The position numbers were made by a program, and so were the translations under genes. Under the pieces are notes generated by a model. It had not been told where the DNA came from. It did no database searches and saw nothing but the letters and a program-made list of their open reading frames with translations. DNA of 64,000 nt, taken from Camelus dromedarius. Its lineage: Eukaryota. The stretch spans positions 14,386,001 through 14,450,000 of the forward strand of contig NC_087438.1 in assembly GCF_036321535.1 (NCBI RefSeq). The letters run 5' to 3'. Shown piece after piece: positions 1 to 12,499 of this stretch. How positions within the stretch are numbered: position 1 is the stretch's first letter; the number at the start of each line of letters is the position of its first letter.

Positions 1-662
1 TTTCCTAATTAGTAGTTAGGTATGGTAGAATAGCACCCAAAGTCTCTTTCAATTTCCAAATGTGCTCTCCTGGACTGCAAGGGCTAGATATCCAGAATCT
101 GCATTGTCACACTTTCTTGAATCTAGCATTTAGAAGATCTCCTTGCAACTCAGTTTCTTGGTACATTTTGACCATCAGAACAATTTACATGAAACCTGAA
201 TTCAGAACTTAGTTAAGGAGAGAAAGAGGGTTCTAGACCTCCAGATGACTAGTAAGAATCTTAGAGGTGCAGCATAGTTCTGGAGCTAACAGAAGTTAAC
301 AAGAAGTCTGGGTCTTCCCAAATCCAGATTATACACAGCCAAGTGAGAGTAATCTTAGAGCCAGCAGCCATGACGGCGATTATCAATCAGTGCTTTCTAA
401 CTCTCTGGTATCTAAATGGTTCAAAAGTTAACAGTTCTCTGGCAGAATAATTCTAGGTGCTGTCCAGAGTGTTCATACAGTCCAGCCTAAAGTCTGTGTT
501 CTTCAGCCTTTCCAAAATTTGTATAAGCACCAAAGACCCTGTGTTAGCTTTATATCCACTAAATTTACCAGTTTACTTTCTATTATGTGCATTAAACATT
601 GATTGTTAACATGACACAGAAATAAAAAAAAAAAACAAACCCAGTGACAGTGTAATGTAAAA

Positions 663-1059
663 TGTTGTCTGCTAGGGCTGCCATAACAGAATAACACAGA
701 CTGGATCACTTAAATAATATAATTTTATTTTCTCATAGTTCTGGAGACAGATGATCAAGAAGTCTGCAGGATTGGTTTCTGGTGAGATATCTCTTCCTGG
801 CTTGCCAAATACCACCTGCTCTCTGTGTCTTAACATAAACCTTCCTTTCTGCACGTGCAAAGAGGGGTTTTTGGTATCTCTTCCTCTTCTTAAAAGAACA
901 CCAATCCTTTCAGATAGGGCCCCACCCTTATAACTTTATTTAATCTTATTTACCACCCTAAAAGCCCTATCTTCAAATATAGTCTCTGAGGAGGTTAGGA
1001 CATTTAACGTGAATTTTGTGTGTGTGTTGGGGGTGGGTGGCACAATTCAGTTCATAACA
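663..1059 (-). mobile_element. MaLR solo LTR (MLT1A-like)
   Basis: Begins ...tctgctagggctgccataacagaataacacagactgg and ends ggcacaattcagttcataaca, the reverse complement of MLT1A-type termini. Internal tagggccccacccttataact motif. Confidence 0.8.
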
Positions 1060-1629
1060 GCTTGTTTCCATATTATATGTTATATGATGCTTTAACCACA
1101 CGCACATACACACATCCCTACCCCTTTTCAACGTGAAATGCACAAGAGCAGAGACTGTGACCACCATTTCACCCTCTCTTCCCTCTTCCAGTAACAGTAG
1201 TACATTTAGTAGTACATTTACCATGAATGAAAACTATTATCATAAGTATTTTTGATCTTAGAGAGAGTCTATTTTCTCTCTATGGTTGAATGCTCTATTC
1301 ATCATGCCTAGAAGAATGACTGGTATTTAATAAATGCTCATAAATATTTGTTTTATTAATCAATGGATATTGATTGCCAAATCCTTATCTTCCTATGAAA
1401 ATTATTTTTCCTCTATGTCCTCCAAGAGCCTCCTTGCCTTTTCCATTTTAATAGTCTGCCAACATGTTAGTACCAACAGGTGACTTTTATCATAGTCACC
1501 TGTGGGATAAATACCAAGATTTAACATTCTTTCTTCTTATTCAAGAATCTGATTGTCTACCCAGAAACTATACCTCATCACATTCCTCCTTTCCAACTGC
1601 TTTTAGAAATAAAACAAAAAATTTAGTAT

Positions 1630-2150
1630 CATTTAATCCACCTGAAAATTTTGTTGACTTGACTTTGAAAATACATTTGTAACTGATCACATCTAACTTC
1701 TTTATTTTCACCACCCTGTCTAAGCTCCTATACCTTTCTCTTTGATTAATCCAACAAACTCTAAGAAACGTCTCCCTGATTTAACTCTTTTCATGTTCTA
1801 AGTATGTCCTCAAGAATGATCCTGTTAAAATTAAGCCAAATATTTCACACATTTCTAAAAATGCTACATTAGTTAGCCTTCTCACTCATGCTGAATGCCA
1901 TAGTCCCTATTGTGTTTTCCAAAGCCTTCCAGAATGTGGCCCCATTAGTTCTCTGACTTCAGCCTGTTTCACTGGTCTTTACCCCGGCTCACTGCACCCA
2001 CTCTTCGTGGGCTACTTGCTATTCTGTAACAACTCACAGACATTGCATTTGTTGGTTCCACTGCTTAAAATATTTATTAACCCAAGTATCCACTTGGCTA
2101 GCAACTTTATTTTCTTCAGATTTTTGTTCAAAAGCTACCCTTCATTAATA
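1630..2150 (+). mobile_element. L2 LINE fragment, degraded
   Basis: Degenerate L2 3'-region motifs (ctttgaaaatacatt..., gaatgatcctgttaaaatt..., caaagccttcc). Boundaries approximate. Confidence 0.55.
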
Positions 2151-5100
2151 GTCCTTGTCCATATAGGAGTTGATTTCTATAAGGAAACTTTTGCTTACTT
2201 ATTCTTTATCATTTATATTATTTGAATGCTTTTTAAGATTGTCCAACTATATCTATGCCTCCACTTGTTCTATGTAAAGTTCTATATATGTAAAATGATA
2301 CTTTTAATGCTAATTAATTTTCTTCTATATTTGTACAAAATATGTTATGTTTCTACAATAAAAATTATGCAAGGAACCAAGCACTTACATTCCATTTATC
2401 TTCTAAAGATAAGTGTATGTTAAGGGGACATAGACGTATTAACTTTTGATTTATTTCTTACTTAAAGCCTATGTTTTTTTCTTTTAAAGTACCATTAGGC
2501 TTACTTTACATTTTTTAAAAATCTTCTATCATAGGTATTATAAAATATGTTAATTTAAATATCACCTTTTAAAAAATAAGAAATAAAATTTAAGTTTGGG
2601 ATGGAGTATGTGGAGAAATGAGTATAGAAACTCAAAATGCTATTAAATCTAACTTAGATACTGAGATTCACTGGATAATAACACATGGAAAAGAGAATAC
2701 TATTTGCCCTGAAGAATTTAAATACCATTTCCTTGTTATTATAAAATCCAATGGGATATAAATGACTTATGGAGAATCTAGTGATAATGTTATCATTTAA
2801 ATGTCTATTTCTGTTGAGAGTAACTATTTTGTATCTCAGATCATTTGCTTTGTTAATGCTGAATATGTGATGTGGTTAAAATCAGTTAAATAAAATTAAA
2901 CATCTTATATAATTATGAAGTTCTTTTGTTCATGTTGGAGTTTATTTCTTTAAAGAGGATTTTGCTAACTTGCTCCTTTTCATTTATACCTGTTAAATGC
3001 TGTGTAAGATTGTGTGACTATTTATAATTATGGTTAACTTAGATTTTGCAAAATTTTAGAATTATGTAATGTACCAGGGAAAAGGATTAGAGTCGATAGT
3101 ATAGGAATGTTGATAAAGAATATTTTTATTGATATTTGACAGTCAGTCTACATTTTAGGAAGGAGGTTACGGCAGGAAAAAAATAAAATGGAGCTGTTCT
3201 TGTTATAAAAGTAACAACTATAAAAATAAAATCAGAGTTACCAAATAAGTGAAAAATTTTCCAGTCAGATATATCATGGAAGAAATGCCATCAGATGTTT
3301 GTTTTGAAAATCCTACATGCTAATTTGCCTATATAAATATGGGATTTCAGATTATCCAAATAATGATCTGAAGATTGCAGTAAAAGAATATATTACATTA
3401 ATTTAGTTATTGTGGCTGATTTTTTCTCCTATTCCAACTCTTAAAATTTCATAGCAAGTCATTCCCTCATCTAGGGCCGAGGGTTGACTAAGGCTTAGAT
3501 AACAGATGGGGAGCAACTTTTCATGTTGCAGTTCAAAGCGGATGAACTAACAGGAACATCTTTCATGGAGAATCTGATAAGAAGAAATCAATCCTGAAGT
3601 TGTAAAAGTTTTGATTGTGTTACAGTTACTTGGCATTAGCATGTTTTTTATGTCTTTCCTTTCTCTCTTCACCACTGGCTCACTGCTGGTTTGAAACGTG
3701 ATCCTAGAAGGAATAAAGTGACTAGTGACACACATTAAGGACTTAAGAAAAAAGACCGTGGCAAGAGACTAGGGGATACTAAAGAACTGAAAATGTTTTA
3801 GGACCATTAAGGGAGGGAAAATTAGGGATCAACAAGAATAAATAGATCTCCTACCAATAAAAAAAAAAAAAAAAAAAAAGTTGTCCTCTGGGAAGGAGGA
3901 CCTGGGATAAAAATCCCTGCTTATTTAGGAGTCGGAGGGAAAAGCTGGACCAAATAGATTGACCAACCCAATGTTCTCATCTAATCGGAAAATCTATAGA
4001 TTGGAAAAAGCAATGTAAACCAGTGGAAGTAATTATGTTGTATTTTCCTGGATTTTACCCAAGTAGGATCAGTTAAGAGTAATTGCCAGTAATTTTATTG
4101 TCTCTTCTTGTGTCGTAAACCAAGGATGATTATCATGAAATAATCTTCCCTGTCAACCAAAAGAATTCCCTCAGGAGTGTTTTCTCTGACATCCAAGGGA
4201 ATGGAGAAATATAATTCTACCTAAAGTGACTGAAGGACATTGGGCAGCAGGGACAATTTTAATGGACTTTATGCACAAATCCTCGTATTTATTTGGCAGG
4301 CTGTTTTGTTATAATCTGAAAAATCTGACTTACCTTTGTCTCTACTTTCTAAATCTTGGTTATGGCCAAAGTTTATAAATCCCAATCACTTCTTCCTGCC
4401 ACAGATCTATAGGACAGCTACATTACAATTTAAATCAGACCTCTTATCAAGAATTTTACTTCAATTTGACAGTTGCACAGTACATATATATTTCACTTAT
4501 CACTGTGGAGAAGCAAAATCAGTCACTGGTACAGGCTAAAGTTATCTATGCTATTCTTAGGACATAACTTTTAAAAATATATGGAAAGAATAAACACATG
4601 TTTTATTGATATAACCCTAAACCTATGTTTAACAGTAAATCTAAAAATAAGGTCATAGATAAGTTTGACTTTCACTTGTTACCAAACCTTTACATTACAA
4701 TTAATTAAAGAAACAATAGAGAAAAAATAATTCTTTTCGTTAAATGAATCATGCTTCTTTATAGTTTATACTAAAAACCACATTTAAACTCAATAGAAAC
4801 CTATAAGAAAAGCCCTGGAGATACATCCTTGAGCTGTATCCATTGTATTAACAGATAAATGGAACTTCAAAATAAAGACTCTTCAGTAAAAGATTCAAAG
4901 GTATGTAGTCACTATAGGTGAGACATCAGCAAACAAAAACCTTTAGCTCTGCTGTTTAAGATCTGAGTGACAATGAGAAAAAGTCTGTCTCAACAAATCA
5001 ATTCAAGATAGCTTTTAAAGTCAGACTGCTATCTTAAAATGGAAATAAAATCCTTGTATTAGACACTAAAATAAGGTAATAAAATAAAAATAGAAATATT

Positions 5101-5669
5101 TTATTACTGTTCAGTTATATACAAATTATTGGTTATTTCCACAAAAATGATCTGTTCAACTATTAAGGTCAGAAAATGGAGGTTGCATTTTGTTGGCTAC
5201 TACAAGGGCAAGACACAGCATCTTCTGATCCTAAGTCTGTGGCTCAAAGACTAGACGAAGAAATATTCTAACCAAGAACTGAAAGTTGAATCAGCATGAG
5301 CAATACATGGATTCAGACAGCTGTCTTAGGAAAACAGGAAGATGATGGGGTTATTTGGATCTAATTATAAAACTTTCAACCGTTGGTTTTTGTAGTGGTC
5401 TGTAAAATAATTCCCCATGAATGTGGAATTACAGCTTGCAAATACCAAGTAAAGTAACCTTGTTAGTTTTGTCCCCATCACTTGAAAAATAATATTTAGT
5501 TAACCTTGGATTATAACTTAGGAGAGAAGGTAAATCCATGACCTGCATGATGGAAATGGAATAAAGGTCCAAATAAAAGTCAAGTTAGAATAAAGGACTA
5601 AAGGCTTGAGATGTAACAAGCAAAGTTCTTTATAGCAACACTCAACTTCCAGTAACAAGTTTTGCTTGT

Positions 5670-6449
5670 TATCTATGGATATGTAACAAACTGATGCAAA
5701 ATTTAGTTGCTTAAAACAGGGGTTAAGAAAACAACAGCCTGAAGTCCAAATTAGGTGCAGCACCTGTTTTGGTACACCAATGAGCCAAAAAAGGTGTTTG
5801 TACTCTTAAATGGTCATAAAGCATATTTTCTGACATGTGAAAATTATATGAAAATAAAATTCCTGTGTCTGTTAATAAAGTTTTATTAGGACACAGCCAT
5901 GTTCATTTGTTGACATGCTGTCTACTGTTGCTTATGTGTTACAAGACAGAACTGAGTATTTAGGAGACAGTGTATAATCCACAAAGCCTAAAACGTTTAC
6001 TATCTAGCCCTTTACAGAAAGTTTGCCTAACTCTATGGTTTAAAAGAATATAGATTTATTAATTTTTGTGATTCTATGTGTTGACTGGGCTCAGTTCCGT
6101 GTGCCATAGCTGAAGTCATCTACATAGCAGAGGTCAGCTAGATGCTTGGCTGGTGCTCTCTTAGACTCTCTTAGACTCCACTGGCTCTCTTTCTCTATTT
6201 TCTCTCATAATTCAGTAATATTTCCTAAGCCAATTTGCAGCATGAAGGCTGATTCCTAAAGGGGAACATTCCTAGAGAACACACCCCAATATGCAAATGC
6301 TTATCACTTATCTACGTGTATGTATATGCTTACTAATTTCTCAGTGACCAAAACAGGAATAACTGCCAAGCCCAGAGTCAAAGTGGGAGATGACTATACA
6401 AATACAGAATGCTGGGAAGCCTCGTTCTTTGGGGCAAGCAACGTCAGTC
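5670..6449 (-). mobile_element. MaLR LTR (MLT1H/I/J-like) interrupted by MER58
   Basis: tgtaacaaac...aaaatttagttgcttaaaa resumes after the MER58 as ...atttattaatttttgtgattctatgtgttgactgggctcag and runs to cccagagtcaaagtggga... Confidence 0.65.
5717..6037 (+). mobile_element. hAT-Charlie MITE, MER58B-like
   Basis: Starts CAGGGG. Contains aataaagttttattaggacacagccatg and aaagcctaaaacgtttactatctagccctttacagaaagtttgcc. 8-bp target-site duplication gcttaaaa (5709-5716) / gtttaaaa (6038-6045). Confidence 0.85.
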
Positions 6450-6462
6450 TCCTGTAATACTT

Positions 6463-6792
6463 TTTAAAATTAATTAATTAATTACTTTAATTGAAGTATA
6501 GTTGATATATAATGGTGTGTTAGTTTCTGGCGTACAGCAAAGTAATTCAGGATAGACATTCCTTTTCATATTCTTTCTCATTAGAGGTCACTACAAGATA
6601 TTGAATATAGCTCCCTGTGCTCTACAGTAGGACCTTGTCATTATCTATTTTATATATAGTAATTAGTATCTACAAACCCTGAACTCCCAATTCATCCCTT
6701 CCCACCCCCTTCCCCTACCGCATACCCATAAGTTTGTTTTCTTTGTCTGAGTCTCTGTTTTGTAAATAAGTTCATTTCTGTCTTTTTTTTTA
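6463..6792 (-). mobile_element. 5'-truncated young L1 3' end (cetartiodactyl-type)
   Basis: Antisense L1 3'UTR (gtacagcaaagtaattcag...ttgaatatagctccctgtgct...acagtaggacc...gtaaataagttcattt). Perfect 13-bp TSD tcctgtaatactt at 6450-6462 and 6793-6805. Confidence 0.85.
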
Positions 6793-7639
6793 TCCTGTAA
6801 TACTTAATTGCAATTTGTTTGTGTTTTCACTATCCTTTCTTGTTCATTATAAAAAGCAGAAATTCTTAATGTATATTCAGTTTTTAAAATTCAATTTTAA
6901 GCCTTTTTTTCAGTCTGATTCAATGATCTGTTATTTCTACACTCTTCTCATTTGTCTTATTTCCTCGTGTGTTTTGTGATTTTTAACTGTGAGCTCATTT
7001 TCCAAGCAACTTTAGTCATAGTGGGAAATCTTTTGTGCATGCAGAGTCCCTGCAGAGTGATTTGTATTTACTTTAGAATTTTTTCTTTAAACCAACCAGA
7101 TCAGCTGAATTCAGAGTGAAGTACTATTAAAACTAGCTTATCATTGTTAATTCTCAGGGAAGTTTTTTTTCTTTCCAGTTCTTCATTTTGACACAGACAC
7201 GTTTTCCTCACTGAGAATGGGGTGAGAGAAAGTGGCCTTATATTTAGTGCATTCTTACACTGAAGTTATAGTCATTTGAATTCACAGGTGTATTCAGAAG
7301 TTCTACTAAAAGGCTTAACTACTTTGAGCCAGTCTCTGATATGTTAAAAAAAAAAAAAAAGCACAATTTAGTCAGGTTTTGTTTTATAATGTCTTCAGGG
7401 CAAGAAGCTGGTTCCAATAAAATGCCATTTACCTCTCTTCTTTCTTGCTTTAAATTAGTTTTTGGTCTCAGAATTTCTTGTTTTCTTGCCAGCTCATTGA
7501 TGCGATCCAAAGTTGGTTTTCTCTTTTTCACTTAATACAGTGTTTCAAGCATTTTGCAGCAGTAGGATAGTCATGGTATATAATCCAGCCTTATGCTGGA
7601 GATAGAGGACAGGATTATTCCTATTGAAAATGTTTCCAA

Positions 7640-8130
7640 ATTAATTTTAATTGGAAAATATTCAACATATGGAAAAGAAGAAAGAATAATTTCCTGTAGA
7701 TCCTTTACTTAGATTCAATTATTATAAAGATTTTCTAATCTTGCTTCATCTATTCACAGATTTTTTTAAAGAAAATTCCTGCTTTTATATCATTTTACTA
7801 CATATATTTTTATAAGCATCTTGTGAAGATATGGAGATTTCCCTGCACCACTGCAACACCCTTACCATGACTAAAAATATTCAAATTAACTACTTTTCAT
7901 TATCTAATATTGTTTTCATTTTCAAATTTCCCCATTATATCAAAAAATGTCTTTTTATAGCTTATTTGAATCAGAATCAACGTTCACATGTCTATGTATT
8001 GTGTCTTTTACATCTCTTTTAATCTAGAACTGCTTCCATTCACTGCTTTGTTCCCTTTCGTCACATTGAAAATAGATTATTTTTTCTATAGAAATCCAAG
8101 ATATCTGTCCATGAATATTTTAAGCAACTT
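7640..8130 (-). mobile_element. Old L1 (L1MC/L1ME-like) 3' fragment
   Basis: Degenerate antisense L1M 3'UTR motifs (ttggaaaatattcaacatat..., ttcaaatttcccc...aaaatgtcttttt...tttgaatcagaatcaa). Boundaries approximate. Confidence 0.5.
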
Positions 8131-10067
8131 CAATGCTACTTTTGTTCTCCTCTCTATCTCTTTATGTAGAGAGCACCATAGACCAGCTTTTGCCAACCCA
8201 GTGGACATCTCCAGACTTCCATCTTGCTTGACCTCTCAACAGCAAATGTGTTTTTGTAGAGAGAATGGTCAGCAATCACTCCAGTAGAGGGAGTTAATAT
8301 TGAATGACGAGCATGAGGTGAACATGAAGGATAAATTTATAAAGCAGAAAAATATGTTGAAAACTATGACTGAAATTTTCTCAGCCAAATATATTTCTGT
8401 AATAGGCAAGCAGACAATGCCCTATGTGATAAATTCAAAATGCATATTTTATATAGAAAAAATGCTGATTTTTGAGAAAATCACCCTTTAAATATGGAAT
8501 TGTTATTAATATGTGTGCAATATAGACAATTATAAAATGTGAGGCATATATTGGTTAATTCATTTATATTGTTTATAAAAGTCTTATTTTGTGCACAATA
8601 CTTAGTATTGATGATGATAGAAGTTATCCTTTATTGAAAACATCTAATATTTTCAAACATATTAATTGACAGCCCAACAATGTAATAATTATTTTCTCCA
8701 TGCCAAGGTCCAAAATGTTAATGAATTTATCAATGTTTACACAGATATTGAGTGATGGAGGCAGGATTTAAATCCTGGCTGAATTGCAGTGTCTTGGCTA
8801 CTTTTCAAAAACCATGTTCTTACAGAAACATTCTAATTGGAAGAAAATATCAATAATTCTCTGCAGTGTAGAACATATATTTTTCTTATTTGAAAAGGAG
8901 CTAATTTCCAAACTCTCTTTCTAACATATCTAGTGTTTCTTAAATGGTTACTAAATAGTTTTTTCATCTTCTGGTACCAGTTCTGCATTCTGGCAGATAA
9001 AATAAACTAGTTAGATTTGAGGAAATTAGCCTGGGAGCAGAATCATTCTTGAAAGAGTGTAGAGTTACCACAGAAGAATTTTTCTGTTTAGATATGACTC
9101 TTCAATAACACTAAATGTAATTATCACAAAAATAAGTAAGCCTAAATCATTTAACTTTTATCCATATAAACTTGTCTTCTTCTAAATTGAACTAAAAGAT
9201 AAGAACCTTGTCCTTCATGTACTGTCTCATTTTGTTGTTGTCTTTATAAACACAACACAAGCTTTATTTGTTCTAGTCTTGCCATTGTAGCTGCCTTTCT
9301 TCCTCCTGATTTCTTCCCTAGTGAGTGGATAAAGTAAAATGGAATACAATAATGCATTTGTTTACAATTTAACTGACTGTACACTCTTTGAACCAAAAGT
9401 AATTTGACAAATAGAAGTTTTTGACATGTAATTTAAATCCATACTAGATAAGTGGATTGACTAGGGAGAAATCGTCTTAGGAAAAATCAAGGTCAGTGAA
9501 AATGGGAAGCACATTAGAAATATTTGAAAGAAAGAGTCCCCATTATTTGTTTGGTGTAAATGTGACTTTGTAAATGAATTTCCTAATTTTAGAATGCATG
9601 CTTTTGCTTTGCTGTATATATGTGTATATTTAATGTAATTACAGACATTTAACTAAGTATGTACTACATGCTTGAGAATGTACTCCACTCTGATGATAGA
9701 GAATTGACTAAAGGATAGTCTCTGACATGGGTGAATTTACTAAAATTCAAATAGACTTTATTAATAATAATGACTTAGCAAACGACTTCTTGAATGTTTA
9801 CTAAGAGCTTGAATGTTTTAAGGGTAAGTGAAAAAATATTCAGTTGACTATTTCAGTGTTTGCAGTAAATATTTATTTCATGAAAGAAGATATACTCCTT
9901 AAAAATAAACTCTCTTGATTTTAATTGCTCAACTAGCTCTTATAAAATATTTATCTGTTAGTATGTTTGATTTTAGTTACTCATTCTCATTCTCCTTGCC
10001 TATGATTTTACTCATCTCTCTGAAATCTCTAGAATATGTTTCCTGCTTACATTTGAATGGATTAGTT

Positions 10068-10077
10068 TGCGTGTGCA

Positions 10078-10131
<54 letters not shown>

Positions 10132-10137
10132 TGCATG
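10068..10137. repeat. Compound (GT)n/(GC)n microsatellite
   Basis: Directly visible. 70 bp of uninterrupted purine/pyrimidine alternation. Confidence 0.97.
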
Positions 10138-10674
10138 AAAGAACGAGAGCGAGCGATTGGTTACTGATTTGCATCTTTGACAATTCAGAAAGAGGGAGAA
10201 AGCTTATAAGGAATACTTGAATACTAAAGGCATGATTAACAGCAAGATAAGCCCAAGTAAGAATTTCTTTGGGGAAGATGAATATCATTTAAGATACCTA
10301 CTATTTTCAGACAAAACTTTAATTAAATGGCACAATCATTTCTAAAAAATAACATCTCGTATATTGTAAATGGACTTAAAATCAAACTTAAAACCCCAAA
10401 TTCTTGAAATTTGTTCAAATTAGGGCAAGGAGAAAAACAATTACAAAAACACCCCAAACATGTAACATACTTAATATTATGTAGTAAAAACCCTACCTAG
10501 AATCATAGTATAGTAATTTTATGTAATATTGCTATCATTTATTGCTATTCCTCAATTATAATCCAAATTTTATAAAATATTATAGTTTAACTCATAGGTT
10601 ATGACAAAATGACAGTATCATGCACTGTTAAAGTCTATTTCAAGAATCAGAAGTGTGGTGATTATTCTGTAATG

Positions 10675-11075
10675 TATAGAATTATTGAATCACCGTGTTG
10701 GTGCATCACAAATTAACATAGTATTGTAGACCAATTATTCTTCAAAAAACAAACAAACAAACAAACAAACAAACTCATAGAAAAAAAGATCAGAATTGTT
10801 GCTACAGAGGTGGGGGATGGGATGAAGGAAAAGGTGTTGCTAATATAATTAACACTGTAGTATGTTATATATGAAAGAGAGTAGATCGGAAGAGTTCTCA
10901 TCACAAGGAATTTTTCCTTTTTCTTTATTTTGGATCTATATGAAATGATGAATGTTCATTACACTTATTGTGGCAATCATTTCATAATGTCTGTAAATCA
11001 GATAACATTCTTGTACACCTTAAACTTATATTGTGCTGTGTATCAATTATCTCAATAAAACTGAAAGAAATAAAA
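10675..11075 (+). mobile_element. L1 3' UTR fragment(s) (L1MA9/laurasiatherian-type)
   Basis: aaactcatagaaaaaaagatcaga..., gagttctcatcacaagg, tgtacaccttaaacttata...tcaattatctcaataaaactg followed by an A-rich tail. Confidence 0.75.
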
Positions 11076-11413
11076 GAATTAGAATCAATATATTATCTTA
11101 AAACTTAAAGAATATTTTAGAAAATTACAAAATTATGTGGATTTTTACATCCAAAGTTTGAAATAGTTTGTCATCTAATATTTAAATCATTTAAAATGAT
11201 TTTAATCTTTCTTAATCTAAAAAGTATTCTCTAATTGCCTTTAAAATATCATATAATAATAATGTTAAAAGAACAATGAAATGGAACCACAGTTTCTTTA
11301 ACTATTCTTTAAGAATGATTTTTTTTGTGTGTTTGTTGTAATTAGGGACTACACATATAAACACAAAAGTCTTTTTTCAACAATCTCCATTGATGATTCA
11401 TATTATTTGATTA

Positions 11414-11747
11414 TGTAGGGGAGCAAAATTTGCCATCCCCAAATGTGTCTCTTGGGCATGAGGATTAATTTAGACTGATGATTTTAAGAAACAGAAGACT
11501 CAAGTAATCTTTCTTCTTACCCCCCACCTTAGTTGTCTAAATAATTTTGATAAAAGGCTTCTTCCTAGAGTAGAGCTGTCACCAGAGATATCTGCAAAGA
11601 ATATGGGCCAGGTGTGGTGGGGAAAACTCTGCTGAGCCTAGAGATCAAAGTCCTCTCTGTCCCATTGTCTCTGCAAGGCCCAACAAACATCTACTTATGA
11701 AATATTTGAAGTATCTTCCTCCCTTTTGAAGTCTTAAACCATGACCC
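11414..11747 (+). mobile_element. 5' half of MER34/MER39-like ERV1 solo LTR (host of the provirus)
   Basis: Starts TGTAGGGGAGCAAAATTTGCCATCCCCAAATGTG...GGCATGAGGATTAATTTAGACTGA, resembling the MER34/39-group LTR start. Breaks off at gtcttaaaccatgaccc. Confidence 0.75.
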
Positions 11748-12241
11748 TGTAGACTATGAGCAACAAAATGGAGTCACTTATATCAAAAGGATCTAAAATG
11801 AAGCCAGGAGGCCATCAGAAAAGTGGGCCTTAAAATGTCTATACCTGAAAGCAATATAAAATTTTGACCCAGGCATTCACAGGCCACCTAGAACTCATTT
11901 TCTTTACTTGCTAGAAACCATAGTTGAGCAACAAATCTGCTGCCAGTGAGTAACTGAATGCTTGCACGAATCAATAGTAGTTCTGTAAAACAACTTATGT
12001 AACTTCTCTGTAATTTTTTGTTGTCTTTATAAACCCCTGTCATTTTCTACTTTCCTCAGAGCACATCTGAGTTGTTATTTAATTCAATACTTTCCAAACT
12101 GAAATGCCTAAGTACCCAAATAAACACATTTTTACTTTTTGCAGTCTCCTGGGTTTTTTTTGTTTGGTTGGTTGTTTGGTTTTGGTTTTGGTGTTTTTTT
12201 GTTGTTGTTGTTGTTGTTTTTTTTTTTTAATAACATTGCCA
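11748..12241 (+). repeat. Provirus 5' LTR
   Basis: TGTAGACTATGAGCAACAAAATGGAGTCACTTA aligns with the copy at 18582. TATAAA at 12028-12033, AATAAA at 12119-12124. Ends in ttgcca at 12241 (alternatively taaca at 12235) just before the PBS. Confidence 0.92.
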
Positions 12242-12246
12242 TTATA

Positions 12247-12264
12247 TGGTGTCAGAAGTGGGAT
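12247..12264 (+). promoter_or_regulatory. Primer binding site, tRNA-Leu(CAA)
   Basis: TGGTGTCAGAAGTGGGAT is the reverse complement of ATCCCACTTCTGACACCA, the 3' end of mammalian tRNA-Leu-CAA as I recall it. It lies immediately after the 5' LTR. Confidence 0.88.
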
Positions 12265-12499
12265 ACCAAGTAAGCTGTTCCTTCCTCTGGCACCCCACGG
12301 ATTTGAGTAAGGTACCTACAAGAGTCCATTGTATGCGCTTCTCTCCTCTGTGGTCCTGGATGTTGGTGGTGGGTTGTTTTACACCCAATCCTCAGACCTT
12401 GGTAGAAGTTTTAGTTTATTTTGGTGTCCTGTGCAGCTGGCTTCTGTACTTGGGACTTTGTTTCTCAATTTCTTCTGGGGAGCAATTATTCTTTAAATA

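Noticed and set aside
9915..10288. Overlapping 101-aa and 103-aa ORFs
   Set aside because: They are open only because they cross the (GT)n repeat (VCVC / THTH).
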